A stretch of 63,138 nucleotides of DNA, the filler included, from Sphacelaria rigidula (Eukaryota): the NCBI GenBank assembly GCA_964200075.2. It is 9 parts of 9 records of this genome, joined end to end, with 100 filler letters (N's around TTAATTAATTAA, not from the genome) between each part and the next. Parts side by side here need not be neighbours in the genome. Positions count along the whole stretch, not along the records: positions 21,084 to 28,010 come from CAXNAA020017367.1; positions 28,111 to 35,036 come from CAXNAA020017368.1; positions 35,137 to 42,062 come from CAXNAA020017369.1; 6 more parts are not named here. One strand, 5' to 3'. Below, in pieces: positions 24,466 through 36,993 of this stretch. Each line of letters starts with the position of its first letter. Position 1 is the stretch's first letter. The notes beneath the pieces are model-generated. The model was not told the origin of the DNA. It did no database searches and was given only the letters and a program-made list of their open reading frames with translations. The position numbers were made by a program, and so were the translations under genes.

Positions 24466-24540
24466 AACTAGATTTATAAAATGGGAACTAGATACACGAA
24501 ATGGAAACTAGATATACAAAAATGGGAACTGGATATACAA
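24466..24540. repeat. ~21-bp minisatellite AAATGGGAACTAGATATAC
   Basis: 3-4 tandem units; ATGGGAACT also on the other side of the SINE. Confidence 0.75.
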
Positions 24541-24853
24541 TGTGGCAACAAGATAAGGTATTTTCCTTGCTGTTGCACCGGTTTTGTAAGTCTTATAGCG
24601 TCTTGTCTGTTTCTCGTCACACTTCTAATGTAATTCCTGCCCTTCCTCGGGACAAGTCCACACTCTCAGGGAGTCAATCTATCTCTCCTGCAGGGGGCAG
24701 AAAAAGGATAATGGGTGATGACTCATGTCAAGCAAGTACGCCTTGAGACTCAGCAGCACAATGTGTAGAACAGGTTCCGCCGCTCCACCCGTCGATGCAC
24801 ACACGAGTTGGTTAGCATGCGGTGTACTACTATGATGATGGCAAGATACGTAC

Positions 24854-25010
24854 CCCTGTAGCGACTCCAGTGGAGGTGACCAAGACCATCTTTCCGACAG
24901 CCGCGGGGGACACGCCGACCTGCTGCAGGGCCTTCGTTGCAACGCGGGTAGCCAGAGGCAGGGCGCACTCGCTGAACCGTTTGTATCTTTCCACCGTGCT
25001 CACTTTGAAG
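24854..25010 (-). CDS. Internal exon of a type III polyketide synthase (chalcone-synthase-like)
   Basis: Acceptor CAG (25011-13), donor GTACG (24853); reads xFKVSTVERYKRFSECALPLATRVATKALQQVGVSPAAVGKMVLVTSTGVATG, aligning with the type III PKS segment R..KF...AVPL...VA..A....G.....I.KLV.VSSTG (comparison from memory of Ectocarpus PKS1); absent from the ORF track. Confidence 0.72.
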
Positions 25011-26113
25011 CTGCGTCACGTCATAGGGGGGGGGGAGGAGACAGAGATGAAGAGAGAATACATATGTATACACACAGATATATGAATGAAGACAGTACCT
25101 CTATCACGTGACCACGGCTGGATCATGACTACCTGGGGGGTCAGCTAAAGTGCGACAACCAACAGAAGAAAAACTCAAACAAGTACCAGGGTAGACGCTT
25201 CTCCTGAAACACGCATACACACGCGCAGCAATATACAATCCTCCGCATGTTTCCTGGAATGTTTTTCGTGGAACGAGTTTCGTAACTCCGGGTCATCATT
25301 CATTTCCGTCACCGGAGTATCGTCATACTCCAAGGATGGTGCAGAACTGTTGTCTGGCACCTCCTCGTCACTTCTCCTCTGCACCCGAGTCTACGTCCAC
25401 ATACATATTTTCTGGAGGATGACACACACAGCTTTGTTCCAGTGGCGCACCCTCCGTGACCCACGGGTTCACAGCCGCCACGCCTCGAGGTGGTAGTTCA
25501 AGAAGGACGGTGAAAGCGTTCCTCACCAAGGCATGACAGGCCAGGAGCTATCGTGCAGGGGATCATCTGTACTCATGAGGCTGCGAGTCGATGTACACTT
25601 GCGAAGCAGAGCCGAGGCATGCAACATTCTAAGTACGTAGAACTGTGTATTGGGACCGCTACAAGTTGGTCAACGTCAGCATACCTCCCTAGTATCGCCA
25701 TTGACTATCAATGACAACCAACCTACTCATATATTGCTACGCATGCTGTAGTTATAATTCACTGAACGTTCACATGCTACGCGTATTTTTATTTTCCAAC
25801 GTGAGTGTAGCATGTTGATTTGTCATCATCCAATGGTCTTCTGGTGCTGGGAGCTAGCTACTCCCCACAGTAGCAGCAGCGTGCCGCGAACTGAAGACCA
25901 GGAGAATCTTGCTTGTCATAGCATAGACTGCAAACTTGTACATCACTAAAGGGGGCTCGGCGATCAACATAAAGGCACTTGTTCGTGTCTTTTTGTTTTT
26001 CGCACAATCAATGATGTTCTATGACACGCATAAATAATTGTCCTTTTTTTTTTAAAGAGGTGGAGCCAAAACGCGCATCTTGTCCGCCTCCGATGAGCCT
26101 CCCCCTCCAGCCG

Positions 26114-26295
26114 GGTGGAAGGGGGGGGAGGGGGCAGGGGATACTCATTTGTTGCTTGCCTCAGTTATTTGACCACTGACCCCGCACCCCTTTCAAGACG
26201 GAGCACTGTTCCTACTCCTGATAGATACATCTAAAACAGTTGGGCACTCATTACATTTTCCCCGTACATTACATAGCAAATTTTCATGTACTATA
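26114..26295 (-). mobile_element. Non-LTR retrotransposon 3' end with C-rich tail
   Basis: G-run + ATACTCATTTGTTGCTTGCC family signature; GGAGGGGG on the far side. Confidence 0.85.
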
Positions 26296-27912
26296 TCTCG
26301 AGGAGGGGGACGTGTCCACGGCCTCAAGGGATAGATCGATCTCTTGTATTCCCTGGAACCCGACTCGCATTGTTTTATATTATGAATCTTTGGATCAGCA
26401 CTCTCGCAACGCGTCGAATTTAGCCGAACAAAAAAACTTTATTTTGCTACTACTCTCGCTGTCTAAGGATTAACGACGGAAACAAGTCAGCAAAATTTCT
26501 CGGGGGGAACAAAAAAAACAAACTCTTCCCGAATGTTGATCCGCATTCCCCTGCTCCAAACAGTTGGACCACTGGGTCGCGTCGGCAGAAGTGCACCTCG
26601 AAAATGCACTGGTAAAATGATCATCCCAACCTTCAATACAGATTGCATTGATGAAAACCAACAACAAATACACAATCAACCAAGGGTCGGACGAACTAAC
26701 GGTACGTCTGGAAATTACTTGATTCTAGTGCGATTGATTCGTACCGTACGAATCGATCCTTCGACTTTGTTTCAGGGTTGCGTGCCGGGTACGCGCAGCC
26801 CAGGCACGTGGAATAGCGCAAAAATCGCGTGGAGACCTTCTTGACCAGCGGTCAAATTTTTCTCTCTTTCGAGCAATCAGGCCTGAAAAATTGTGGATTT
26901 GGTCATTCGAATCGGCGATGATTCGTCCGGATCGTGCAACGAGGTTAATGTGGCAATGTGTTCGCGGGCGATGAGTGGCATCAAACCACACCCTGGATAA
27001 CGGTCATAAATTACATTGTCAAAAAATGTACTGCGTACAACATTGAATCTACTGTTTATTGCAATGGACGTAACAGTCGATACTGTACGCAGTACACTTT
27101 TGGGCAATGTAATTAATTGATCAGGTTGTGCATAAGATACTAATATACGGAGTACATATACATATGTACACGTATACATGCGTCGCACAAAATTTAGAGA
27201 ACCAGAATTTAAAAAAAAATGAAGAAAAAAAAGATCATGATGTTTGTTTTTGCCTACAACGAACAAGAATGCAGTTTTGGTGACCATATTTGCCTATTTC
27301 ACTCCGGGTGTGTCTTGAGATAAAACCATCGATGGTCGTATCTCATAAAATTATGCTTCAATGAATTCCATCCAAAGGCAAGCACATCGTGCCAAGCTGA
27401 TCAGCAGCAGCTACCCTCCACCTATACCTTGTTCGGCCGGGAGAAATAGATCTCAGAGATGAGTGTGTGGTCGTATTTCAGGCGTGCCCTTCGCCTTAGC
27501 ATGGGCCGCGCACGATTGCGACGTCGATGTTCTCGTGTGAGCAAACGTCTGTTGGAAACGGTTCAAAAGACTTTTCGTTTGTTTGTTTTTTATGGGGGGG
27601 AGTAGCGTGAAGTGAGGAAAATTGTTGGGTGAAAATCGTAAATAATTGTTTTGAAGAACGCTTTTCATCATCCCGATCAAGACACTGAAAAGCTATCAAC
27701 TCACACTTCAACCACCATCGTCAACATGATGAAAATCGTATATATGTATATATATATTATATTTTCAAGCACACATTTTATCATCCCGAGCGAGACACAC
27801 CGAAAATCTACCGACTCACACCACCACTACCCCCACACTACCACTACCGTAGTCAATATCATCAATCGTCATTATCACCATCATCATCCTCATCATCACC
27901 ACGATCATCATC

Positions 27913-28010
27913 AGAGTCATCCTACGATAGGGGAGGGGGTATTTTGGGCCATTTGTTCGAAATTTCGAGTCAGATCGTCGTTGAAAGCAGCAACGGTTGT
28001 TCAAACAATC
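27913..28010 (+). mobile_element. Left end of Sola2-like MITE (cut by contig end)
   Basis: GAGTCATCCTACGATAGGGGAGGGGGTATTTTGGGCC matches the TIR of 41051-41299. Confidence 0.7.
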
Positions 28011-28231
28011 NNNNNNNNNNNNNNNNNNNNNNNNNNNNNNNNNNNNNNNNNNNNTTAATTAATTAANNNNNNNNNNNNNNNNNNNNNNNNNNNNNNNNNN
28101 NNNNNNNNNNTCATCCTCAATGAAAAGCACCATCCTCAACATAGATGATTGGCTGTTTATATTTGTGGATACAACTGCCGCATACAGGGGGGAAATCTAA
28201 CGAGTGTGCATCGAGGACCCATCACCTTCCA

Positions 28232-28452
28232 TATTAGAGGTATCTCAAACTCGGCTCCTGGTATCCTGGTTTATTCGCTGGCTCTGAGTCGTGTACTATT
28301 TTTTCAAGTGCAAGTGGTCCCGATTCATAGGCGGACCTGACCTGGCGGTCAACGGGTCTCATCATCTGATGAGTCTCCATCACTTTCGCTTGAAAAAATA
28401 AAACAAAACAAACCAGGATACCTGGAGCCGAGTTTGAGATAATACGTCTATT
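28232..28452. mobile_element. Small MITE / inverted repeat
   Basis: ATCTCAAACTCGGCTCCTGGTATCCTGGTTT inverted as AAACCAGGATACCTGGAGCCGAGTTTGAGAT. Confidence 0.7.
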
Positions 28453-29741
28453 AGGGCACACAAGAAGATAATTGTATGCTTCACCAGGGCGCAGCGCGGG
28501 GATTTTTTTTCGGACACGTAGGTCCCCCCCCCCCCTCGGAGGGCGTTTTCTCGAAAATTGTTGTGATATGTTTTTGTCAACTTTGTTGCAAGAAATTGAT
28601 CAATGATCACTGTTTTGATTTTTTCTGTTGACTTTGTTGCAAGAAACTGATCAACAACTCATTGACAAAATCCGAAAAGTCTTGAGGGTTTTGCGGGGTT
28701 TGTATATTTGCTTCTGCTCCTCAATGTATATAAAGTTTATTATATATTATATATTATATATTATACTCCGGAGTATATATATACATAAGGATCTCTACTG
28801 TCCACGGCAGCTGACCGCATCCGCCAACGCTTCGGCAGTAAACCAGAAGACACACAGCTGGGTTCCCCCCCCCTCCCGACGCCCTCCCATCGAAAACTCA
28901 ATTTATCGCTCCTGGAGCCTGTGTGTCCAGATTTGGTTTTCGCCGCCCCCTGGCTTCACGAACAGAAAGTTGCGGGTGCGAACCCCGATCCCCACCAAAA
29001 GCAGCGAAATAAACAGGCGGACAACAAATTAGTCAAAAACTTGATGGGGGATGCCGAAGTGGCAGTTGACTGGCTAGCAGAGCCCGCAAACTCACATAAC
29101 AATATGCATGAAATCGTTGGCTCGGCAACCCAATACACGCGAGGGACTTGTGAAAAAAAGTGCAAGGGTGTGCTGGGTAGGGTTTTCGTACATTTGGGTG
29201 TTTAGAAAAGTCGTACTCAGGGTACCTAAACCTTCGGTAGAGTATTTTGAGATCGTAATCAGTATAACCCAGATATTGGATAGAGTCTTGCCGTTGTACC
29301 TAGCTTTACGCAATATATGGTTATAGCTTGGAGATCGGACCATCGCAATACAAACCTCGGGTGGATAATACAAGGATACTTACCCCACCCGACATACTCT
29401 TGGAAAGGTGCACAAAACTCCTAATGGCTAGCCGGTAAGATAATAGGTTACCTCTATAAACCTCATTTTGTCAAAGAACGTACGAAGAGGCCCATAAAAG
29501 GGCGGGGGGGGCGGGGGGCGGGGTGATGTGGTCACTGCCACGTGGGAGGAAAATAGCCTTGAAGGTATCTGTCTAGCATTCATCACCTCTTTACTTTTGT
29601 GTGTGACTATATATGAATATGTACGGGCCAGAAAACGCTGGACAACGTTGACAGTGTACGGTATCATGCACTTGCACTCGAGTTTGCGCACGTTACGGAC
29701 CGCAATGCACCTGATGGGTGCCGCCTTCGAGTAGTTCCACA

Positions 29742-30057
29742 GTGTTGTCGTCCACATCGTTCGTTATATGTAGGCGCACCAGCCGGGGTCACACAGAAGG
29801 AAGGTCCACGCAGGATTTTTTCGTTTTTTGTTTTCAGTACCCCGCCTTCCTTCTGCGGTGCTTGCCTTTTATTTTTATCGAGAGAGGGGTTCAGCACTGT
29901 TTTCCCCTCGTCGACCATTGAATGGAATTTTGTGTACCCTCGACATAGTCGCTCTCCACTGTTGGGCATGGTGTCAGTAAAAATCCCAGATCACCCCGAG
30001 ATTTGAACCCACGACCCAACAATCAGGAGGGTTCGAGGTTACCAACTGAGCCACCGG
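29742..30057 (-). mobile_element. tRNA-derived SINE (small 3' deletion), upstream of the ankyrin exon and probably intronic
   Basis: Homologous to 24109-24462 including A and B boxes. Confidence 0.85.
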
Positions 30058-30447
30058 ACAGGGTTCCACAGTATGCTGGAATGAATCATACGAGAAGCGC
30101 CAACACGGACATTTCGATTCAGTACACGCAAGGGCCCTTTCAAAACTATGAGGACTACCATGCATGGACGAAACAATGTACACCAGATACGATACACGTG
30201 ATTCAAATCGATGCACGGTACACTATCTTCCTGAAACCCATCGAGTCTACGAGTAGGCATGAAATTCATTGCTTTGCATCGTCAGTACCGCAAAGGTTGG
30301 TGCTAAGAGGTACGGTTTCTGCAGTAGGACACTGCCGACAGCATGCCTCACCCCCCCTCGCCTGCGTGCACACCGACATCAATACACGTTTTCCCTGCAA
30401 TCTGCATCGTTATACTGTTCACCATTCTCAACAACAACACCCGACAG

Positions 30448-31886
30448 GCGCTGATATCGAGAGTCGCATGGTCAACGGACGCTCCCCCCTCCACCTAGCC
30501 GTCATCAACGATAAACCGGAAGTCGTCAAAATATTACTGAAAGGCAATGCCTACCTCGAGCACAGAGATCACGTCCGCGGTCAGACCCCACTTTCCGAAG
30601 CGGCAGAGTATGGCCTGGCTCACATCATTCACATGTTGCTCGAGACGAGGGAGGGAAAGAGCACGGCAGACGTGGAGACGAGATCTTCGGCCGGATTGAC
30701 TCCGCTACACTGGGCGTGCCGTTTCAACAGTCCAGACAGTGTACACGCTTTGTTGTCAGCGGGTGCTGACCAGGATGCGGTAGACTTTGCGGCGGCTGCT
30801 GTTATTGCTTGTGGCTTCGACTCTTCGACCGCCGCCAGCTCCACGCTCAACACGGATAAACAATGCTTTCAGCCGACACGGTCGTCGTATTCCTCGAAGC
30901 TGGGGTGTTACCTGTTGGACGGTGCGGCTACATCCTGTTTTGACCGCAGTTTACCCACAGCCGCCGACGTGGTCGGTCTAGGCGACCCGCGTAGGTGGAG
31001 GGGGAATCCCAACTGGGAGTTCAACGGAGAGCTTCCCTTGGCGTCCAGTCGCCGTCGAAATTCGACATCTGCCAGCCGCGTCCGGGTGCTCCTCCACCGT
31101 GACAAAGCTTGGCGCCGTCGCGGTTGGCTGGTGATCCTCGCCAAAAGACTCGAGACCAAGGACGCAGTAGTCGGAGGCAAGAGGGGATACACTGTGGACA
31201 TGCATGCCGATGCGAGTGCATCATCTGTCGACGAGACGATAGACGACGAGGCGGAGGTAGGCCAGGAAGGTCAAGCGGCCGTATCGGGTGTCATGGGTTT
31301 GACGAACGCGATGCACCGTGGGGCGAAGGGAGAGAGGCCAGAGGAGGTGGGACGGAGAGGAGGTGTGGAGGGTGATGCGGCGTTTGACGAGGACAGTGAT
31401 CGTGGTTCATGCACAAGGCCCCGGCGCCGGCTCTTTCTCTTGACGAGTACGCAGGATGTAGTCAGAAGGGAACGAGGTGTGTCAAGGGCGAAGAATGGGC
31501 GTGTTTGCTCTGTTGCAGGCACGAAGCGGCTACACGAGGATATCCAGTCTGCTTTCGATGGGTGTTCTGACGATGAAAGCAGTAGTATGAAGCAATCGTG
31601 CATGGCGTCGGTTGTCGAAGGAAGTCTCGCGTATTCGAAAAGCACTTCTCGCGTCATGTGTAACAGAGGAGGTCGATACGGTGATGTTGCCAAAGACAGT
31701 GTCATGGAGGTGTTCGAGGAGGGAGATGACGGGTCATGGAAAGCGGATGGGTACAGAGGTGGCGGGGCTTCCGAGACTAATGGTGACAACGACGGCCGTG
31801 TGGTGGGCCCCGAGATGCTTGAAAGGGTGCTGGGACTTTCATGCGTAGAGATGTACGTCTTCCGTCGCATCGTGTCCTTCCTGTAA
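30448..31886 (+). CDS. Terminal exon of an ankyrin-repeat protein gene
   Basis: Acceptor ACAG|GC at 30447/30448; ankyrin motifs GRSPLHLAV, GQTPLSEAA, GLTPLHWAC; C-terminal DKAWRRRGWLV and VFRRIVSFL*; open for ~480 codons. Confidence 0.85.
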
Positions 31887-33749
31887 CGACTTCAGCAGTA
31901 CAGAATCAAGATCTTGTTGACAATCGGGGCGTGCTCGATAAAGAACGACGGACTCTGTGCAGGCGTGTAACAAAAGGTGTACATGATGGCTGATCGAGGG
32001 TCGTTGGTTGTCAATAAGTCACTTCTCTATTGTTTTGGGCACCGAACGTTGTCTTGGGAGACGTCTGCGGTTACAAAGTTGATTTCTGTCGATAATACCG
32101 GGCGTTCAATACTGGAACATGTTCAGCGTGTGTCGTGACATAGTGTGCGGCCAAAGCATTAGGCTGGTTATCAAACGGGGGTAGCTACGAGTAGCTTTCT
32201 TGTGGTTTTTAGGTTTGGCGCCATGGGAAAGCGCAAGTACGTATTAGGGAACAGCGCTAGCAAGAGGCAACGGCATTCCGCTTCATCAACCCTTCGTTCA
32301 TTCATAGTGCCCGACGGAGTGATGGCACCCCGATAGCCACAGCTGCCGATTTGTACCCTACATCATCTCAGTGCTGGTGAGAACTGCGGCCGGGTCGATA
32401 CCGTATTGAGCGAGGCTCGTGGGGTTTAACTCGAACGAAACGCAGTGATAGTTGAGACGGGTATGTGGCCATCGGCAACAGATATAATGTGTACGTAGTT
32501 GTCTTCTCTCGGTTATGCCATGGGACACATGTCCGAAGCCGGTAACCCGACGCATAACGTGAGATCAGGCGCCTGCACACGTAGTAATCATTATACTGCT
32601 GACGCCATATGACGTAAATTCGTGGTTGGACGCTACTATCTCTTTGGATAGTCGCTTGTTTTGTGTCAGTCCTTCGTCTTTTTTCACTATGGGGACATCA
32701 CACAATTTCTCTGCCCCGGAAGTCCCCGAAATCGTCGCGGTTTGTCACAACTGAACACTCGTACGCTAGCGCTTTGAGTTTGTACGTAGCAAATAGGTTT
32801 TATCTTGTTTCAGTTGGTATGGGCATTCAAGGCTCGGGAAGCGGTAGTAGGTAGCATGTACGGCGTGAAGGTGAAAACGAGGAGATGAGACAGGAGGGGC
32901 GCATCTATACGAGGGGCCCCCGGCATGTGCGTGTCTGTGTCGTGCGCTCGACACAAACATGTGCCACTCCGCTATACAAGAAACCTGGCGATGTTGTAGT
33001 GCAGGTGGGGGCGGGTTTATCATATCATCAGTATATAGCGCAGAATGATTAGCAGGGAGAAAGGGGAAGGTGGCACGCAGTGGACGAAAGTCAAAGCAGT
33101 ACCAAACAAAAGAGTACGAGCATGCTCGACACACATCTGTATCCCAACCGTAGTCTTCTATTGGGATGGTCTGCGCTTTGGTTGTGTGTTCGTAAGCCAA
33201 GTCCTTAGTATAAAGCTCGAAGTATGTGCATGTGTGAACTGAGGTACAGGTATGAAGTCTCGTCGGAATCTTTCCCGCCCTAGACGGGCAGGTAAGTTTT
33301 CGATACACATGGATACTATACATCGAAGACAGCACTTTTTGGGGTCTCGATGCTTTTTGGTGTGTGCTACAGTTGGCGGTATTGTAGCCGTAGTAGTTGT
33401 TCACGTCGTCAAGGTGGAGTGGGCTCGTATCGGCATGTACGTGTTGGACAGGAGGCTTCTCCTCGAACAACAGACTCAACATGTGCTTCACCCGCAGGCG
33501 GTCGACGCATCGGCAGGTCGGCATATGTATAGTTAAAGAGGAAGCATGACACCACATTGTTGACACAAAATAAGTCGGAGACGAATCATACAACATGTAC
33601 CGTTACCATGACATACATTGTACACCACGAGCCTCCGATAAATTGTAGGAACAATATACATCGAAGATGTGTCGGGGAAAAAATATCGACGTGTTACGCA
33701 CCTGATATTGTGTTGTCGACTAGGGCGAGCCGAAAAGTTCATTCCATAC

Positions 33750-34402
33750 TAATTTCCATATATGTATTGACATGTTATATGGAACACACAAAACATAGTG
33801 CGCGTTGGCATATATATGCTATACCTATTGGCCCATCTGTATATTACACGCCCACTACATATCGCACTCATTTCCCGATAACATAATGCACTGGCAAGAT
33901 TTATATTATTATATATGTTAGCACGACACATATTCCGACCCGCCTCTTGTGCCAATAATTGCTCGGTCAATGCGTGTGGTATACCGCGGGCCGTCGAGAT
34001 ATTGCGAGGATAGCATATATCATACACTGATCCGTCTAGGGTGTGGAATCTTCTCGAACATACCCACTCGTTGGGTGGCCTACTCCGTTGCCACGCGACC
34101 TCCATGTGGGATACCATATACCCATCCGGCATGTCTATCTGGGACCCATTTTCCATCGAGGATATTCGTTCGGGACATGAATCTGGAGTGTCAGCATAAT
34201 AATCTGAGATGTCCATAATATGGAATACATGAGAACTCATCTGGAAAATCGATGTTCATTGGGGATGACCACGTGGGATTCATATCCATCTGAAATATTC
34301 ATATGTGGGATATCTCCTTGGGATGTCCACCTCGGGTGTCTATCTATCTGGGGCGCTATGTCCATCTAGAATGTCCATCCGAAAGTATCACTGTATATCC
34401 CA
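33750..34402. repeat. Degenerate ATATCCC/GGGATAT-rich repeat, probably a transposon subterminal array
   Basis: Recurrent GGGATA, ATGTCC and TATCCC motifs without a plausible ORF. Confidence 0.45.
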
Positions 34403-34587
34403 GATAAACGCCCACCTTGACTTGATTGATTGGTTGCCACGCATTGGTCGATCCCTGAGAGGCCCAGCCGTAGTAACAAGATTAACGGGTCGGTATACAA
34501 TATGAAGACGCTCGGTGAAGAAGAAAATGGGAAACAAAAATATGGGACAGGCGAACGGAGTGAACTGAAAAAAAAATGACGGAACCA

Positions 34588-34929
34588 CACACGCGGCCAT
34601 TTGGCTACCCCCCAAAATGCCCCCGGAGAGATGCGCGGCCCGCCAGAGGCAAAAACTAGGTCTTTAATCCTTTGGGGGGAAACCATAAACTACCGCCCTG
34701 GAGGGCTGCGCACCCCTCTGGAGGAATTTAGGAGAAGCAAAACGCCTCCGGAGGGATGCGCGGCCCTCCGAGACAGAAACAAGTCTCCGGAGGCGTTGAA
34801 TCCCTCTGGGACAAACCAAAACAAACCCTCTGGAGGCGTTTAATTCCTCCAGAGGCGCTTAAACTCTCTGGAAGCTTGAAGATTGACCGCTTTGGGGGAA
34901 TTTCGGGGGTAGCCAAACGGTCGCGTGTG
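34588..34929. mobile_element. CMC/EnSpm-like MITE
   Basis: TIR CACACGCGGCCATTTGGCTACCCCC / GGGGGTAGCCAAACGGTCGCGTGTG, CAC..GTG termini, 2-bp flank CA on both sides, internal CCCTCTGGAGG repeats. Confidence 0.7.
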
Positions 34930-34969
34930 CAGGCAGACAACATCAATGAGTCCAAGCAGAAAAAAGAAG

Positions 34970-35018
34970 GAGGGGGGGGGCGTACTCATGATCATGCATG
35001 CCATAGTCATAAGACCAT
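34970..35018 (-). mobile_element. Very short non-LTR 3' end, family 2
   Basis: G-run + CGTACTCATGATCATGCATGCCATAGTCATAAGACCAT, then GAGGGGG. Confidence 0.7.
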
Positions 35019-35136
35019 GAGAGGGGGAAGGGTGGGNNNNNNNNNNNNNNNNNNNNNNNNNNNNNNNNNNNNNNNNNNNNTTAATTAATTAANNNNNNNN
35101 NNNNNNNNNNNNNNNNNNNNNNNNNNNNNNNNNNNN

Positions 35137-35211
35137 GTCTTCCCTGCAAAAGACAAATGCCACTTCAACCCCATATTTTGTATGAACCCCATTTTCTAGG
35201 ATCCACTGTTA
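35137..35211 (-). repeat. Terminus of the TAACAGTGGATCC composite repeat
   Basis: Matches 11298-11369 and 40333-40405. Confidence 0.8.
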
Positions 35212-35782
35212 TCAGTGGTGTGCAGCGCGGTACTGCCGTACGGTCCCGGCGTTTTTCAAACCCCGTCAACAACAAAATGAACACAAACGAGTATTTTCTA
35301 CCCTCAACTAAGCCATCCAGCAGGAGAACAAAGAAACGGGGCAAAATTGGAAGATATCTGCCATGCATAGCTCAGTGTCAAGATCACGTTCCATGCATCG
35401 CACAGTTATCTCTTGTTTGAGACAGTATAGGCGCACTACCGTCAATGTTGCACAAAATGTCCGTTTTTCGCACAGCAGTAATGTTGTGTTGAGCAGAGGA
35501 TAATTACTTCTCTGGATTCCACCATAACTCAAACACCAAATTGTTATAGGACGGTCGATCCTTTCTTTCACAAACGAAAACAGACAAACTGCACAACATC
35601 AATCACACTTCAACTGCTGGTACATATAGCAGATTTGAACACATGAACAGTCAAAACAAAAATTGCGTTCAACGTAACAAAGAAAAATCGATCCAGGTTC
35701 CTGCAATACCGCACTTCCGAAACGAAACGAACAAAACGAGAGAATACCCGAACACCACAAAAGGACTCTCTACCGATTATAA

Positions 35783-36993
35783 TCACGTACCTGATCCGGT
35801 TTGGAAGTGCTTCGCCCCAACTGCTGTTGCTGCTGCTGCACCCGTTGTGTCTCCAAAATATCGTCCCTCCATCAGCATGAAGCCCATGGCCTTCCATGCT
35901 GAATAGCCGGACGGCTTGCCCCGATCGAAGGGATTAATGACACCAAGAATATCCAACCCGCGTCCCACGCTCGGTGGAGACCGCTTCCTCCCGTACATGG
36001 GGTACGTGGAAATGCGTTCCCACGCCTCCTCGTTGTCCTTCTCCAATTCGATTTGGGATTCACTGCTGCTTCTCCTGTTGTAGGTGCTATCCGCATCGAC
36101 TGAGTACTTCTTGTAAGCGTAGCTGCTGCTGCTGCTGCTGCTGTCTTCCCGTACGATCTCCTCGTACAGCAAAGGATCAGTAAAAGAAGCGCTGAGCCTA
36201 ACGCGTGTAGTTTTTTCCCTTGGTGGCTGTTACAGCCGCTACTGCTGTTGCGGTAGCTACTGCCCCCACCGTCCGATTCCCCGTCCAAACCCGGCAATGG
36301 TTCCCCTTCAACCAACTCCTCCAGCGTAAGCAAGTTGCCGCTGTTCCCTGCCTCTAGGTCCAGCTCGACTGGTTGGCGTTCCGCAGGCGTGGCGGCCGCT
36401 GGTCGCTTCGGTGCGTATACTGGTGCATCTACCTGCTGTTGTCGCTGCTGCTCGCTCCAAACGTGATACGTGTTCCATCCGCGCACGCATTGCTTCGCAC
36501 ACTGCTCGCTTCAGCTGTTTCTGGTAGATGATGCACAAGTGCCGGCGATGCCCAAACTGGTCACAACCATCGCATTGATTGTGTTCCTGCTGTCCGCTCG
36601 TAAAAGACCACGAAGCCTCCCTCTCCAGCTGTTTGTTGTGGACGATGCGTAATTGCCGGCGGATTCATACTGGCCGCATCATTCGCAGTTACCCTCGTAT
36701 CGCCTGGGTGTGGCACAAATCTTGTCCAGATCCCCGAGCCTTCCGCATCTCTCACTGGAGTACTTCTCCCATCGGCGATTTGAGTGAATGCTCAATTGTA
36801 GGTTGATATCACCCAATGGCATTGGAGCCACAGTCGTACGGTCCCCCGATCGCCCATTTGGGCGATGACTGATGTGGTTGACGCTGCTGGTATAATAGTT
36901 GTTGCTGTTGCTGCTGCGAGTGTATCTGCTGTCACTGCCGCTGCGGGTGTAGCTGTTGCCGTTGAATCTTGCACCGAGTACCCCAAACATCAT
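35783..36993 (-). pseudogene. Decayed retroelement gag-like region with tandem zinc knuckles
   Basis: Intact CCHC knuckle CDGCDQFGHRRHLC (36533-36574) preceded by two degenerate ones (SERCGRLGDLDKIC; CE*CGQY); frameshifts. Confidence 0.55.

Larger units (their letters stand above)
23480..25160. repeat. Pair of ~50-bp inverted copies (23480-23533 and ~25109-25160)
   Basis: TGACCACGGCTGGATCATGACT.C..GGGGGTCAG.T.AAGTGCGACAA in opposite orientations. Confidence 0.65.

Noticed and set aside
30003-30447. N-terminal part of the 627-aa ORF
   Set aside because: Starts inside a SINE and reads through intron-like sequence up to the acceptor at 30447
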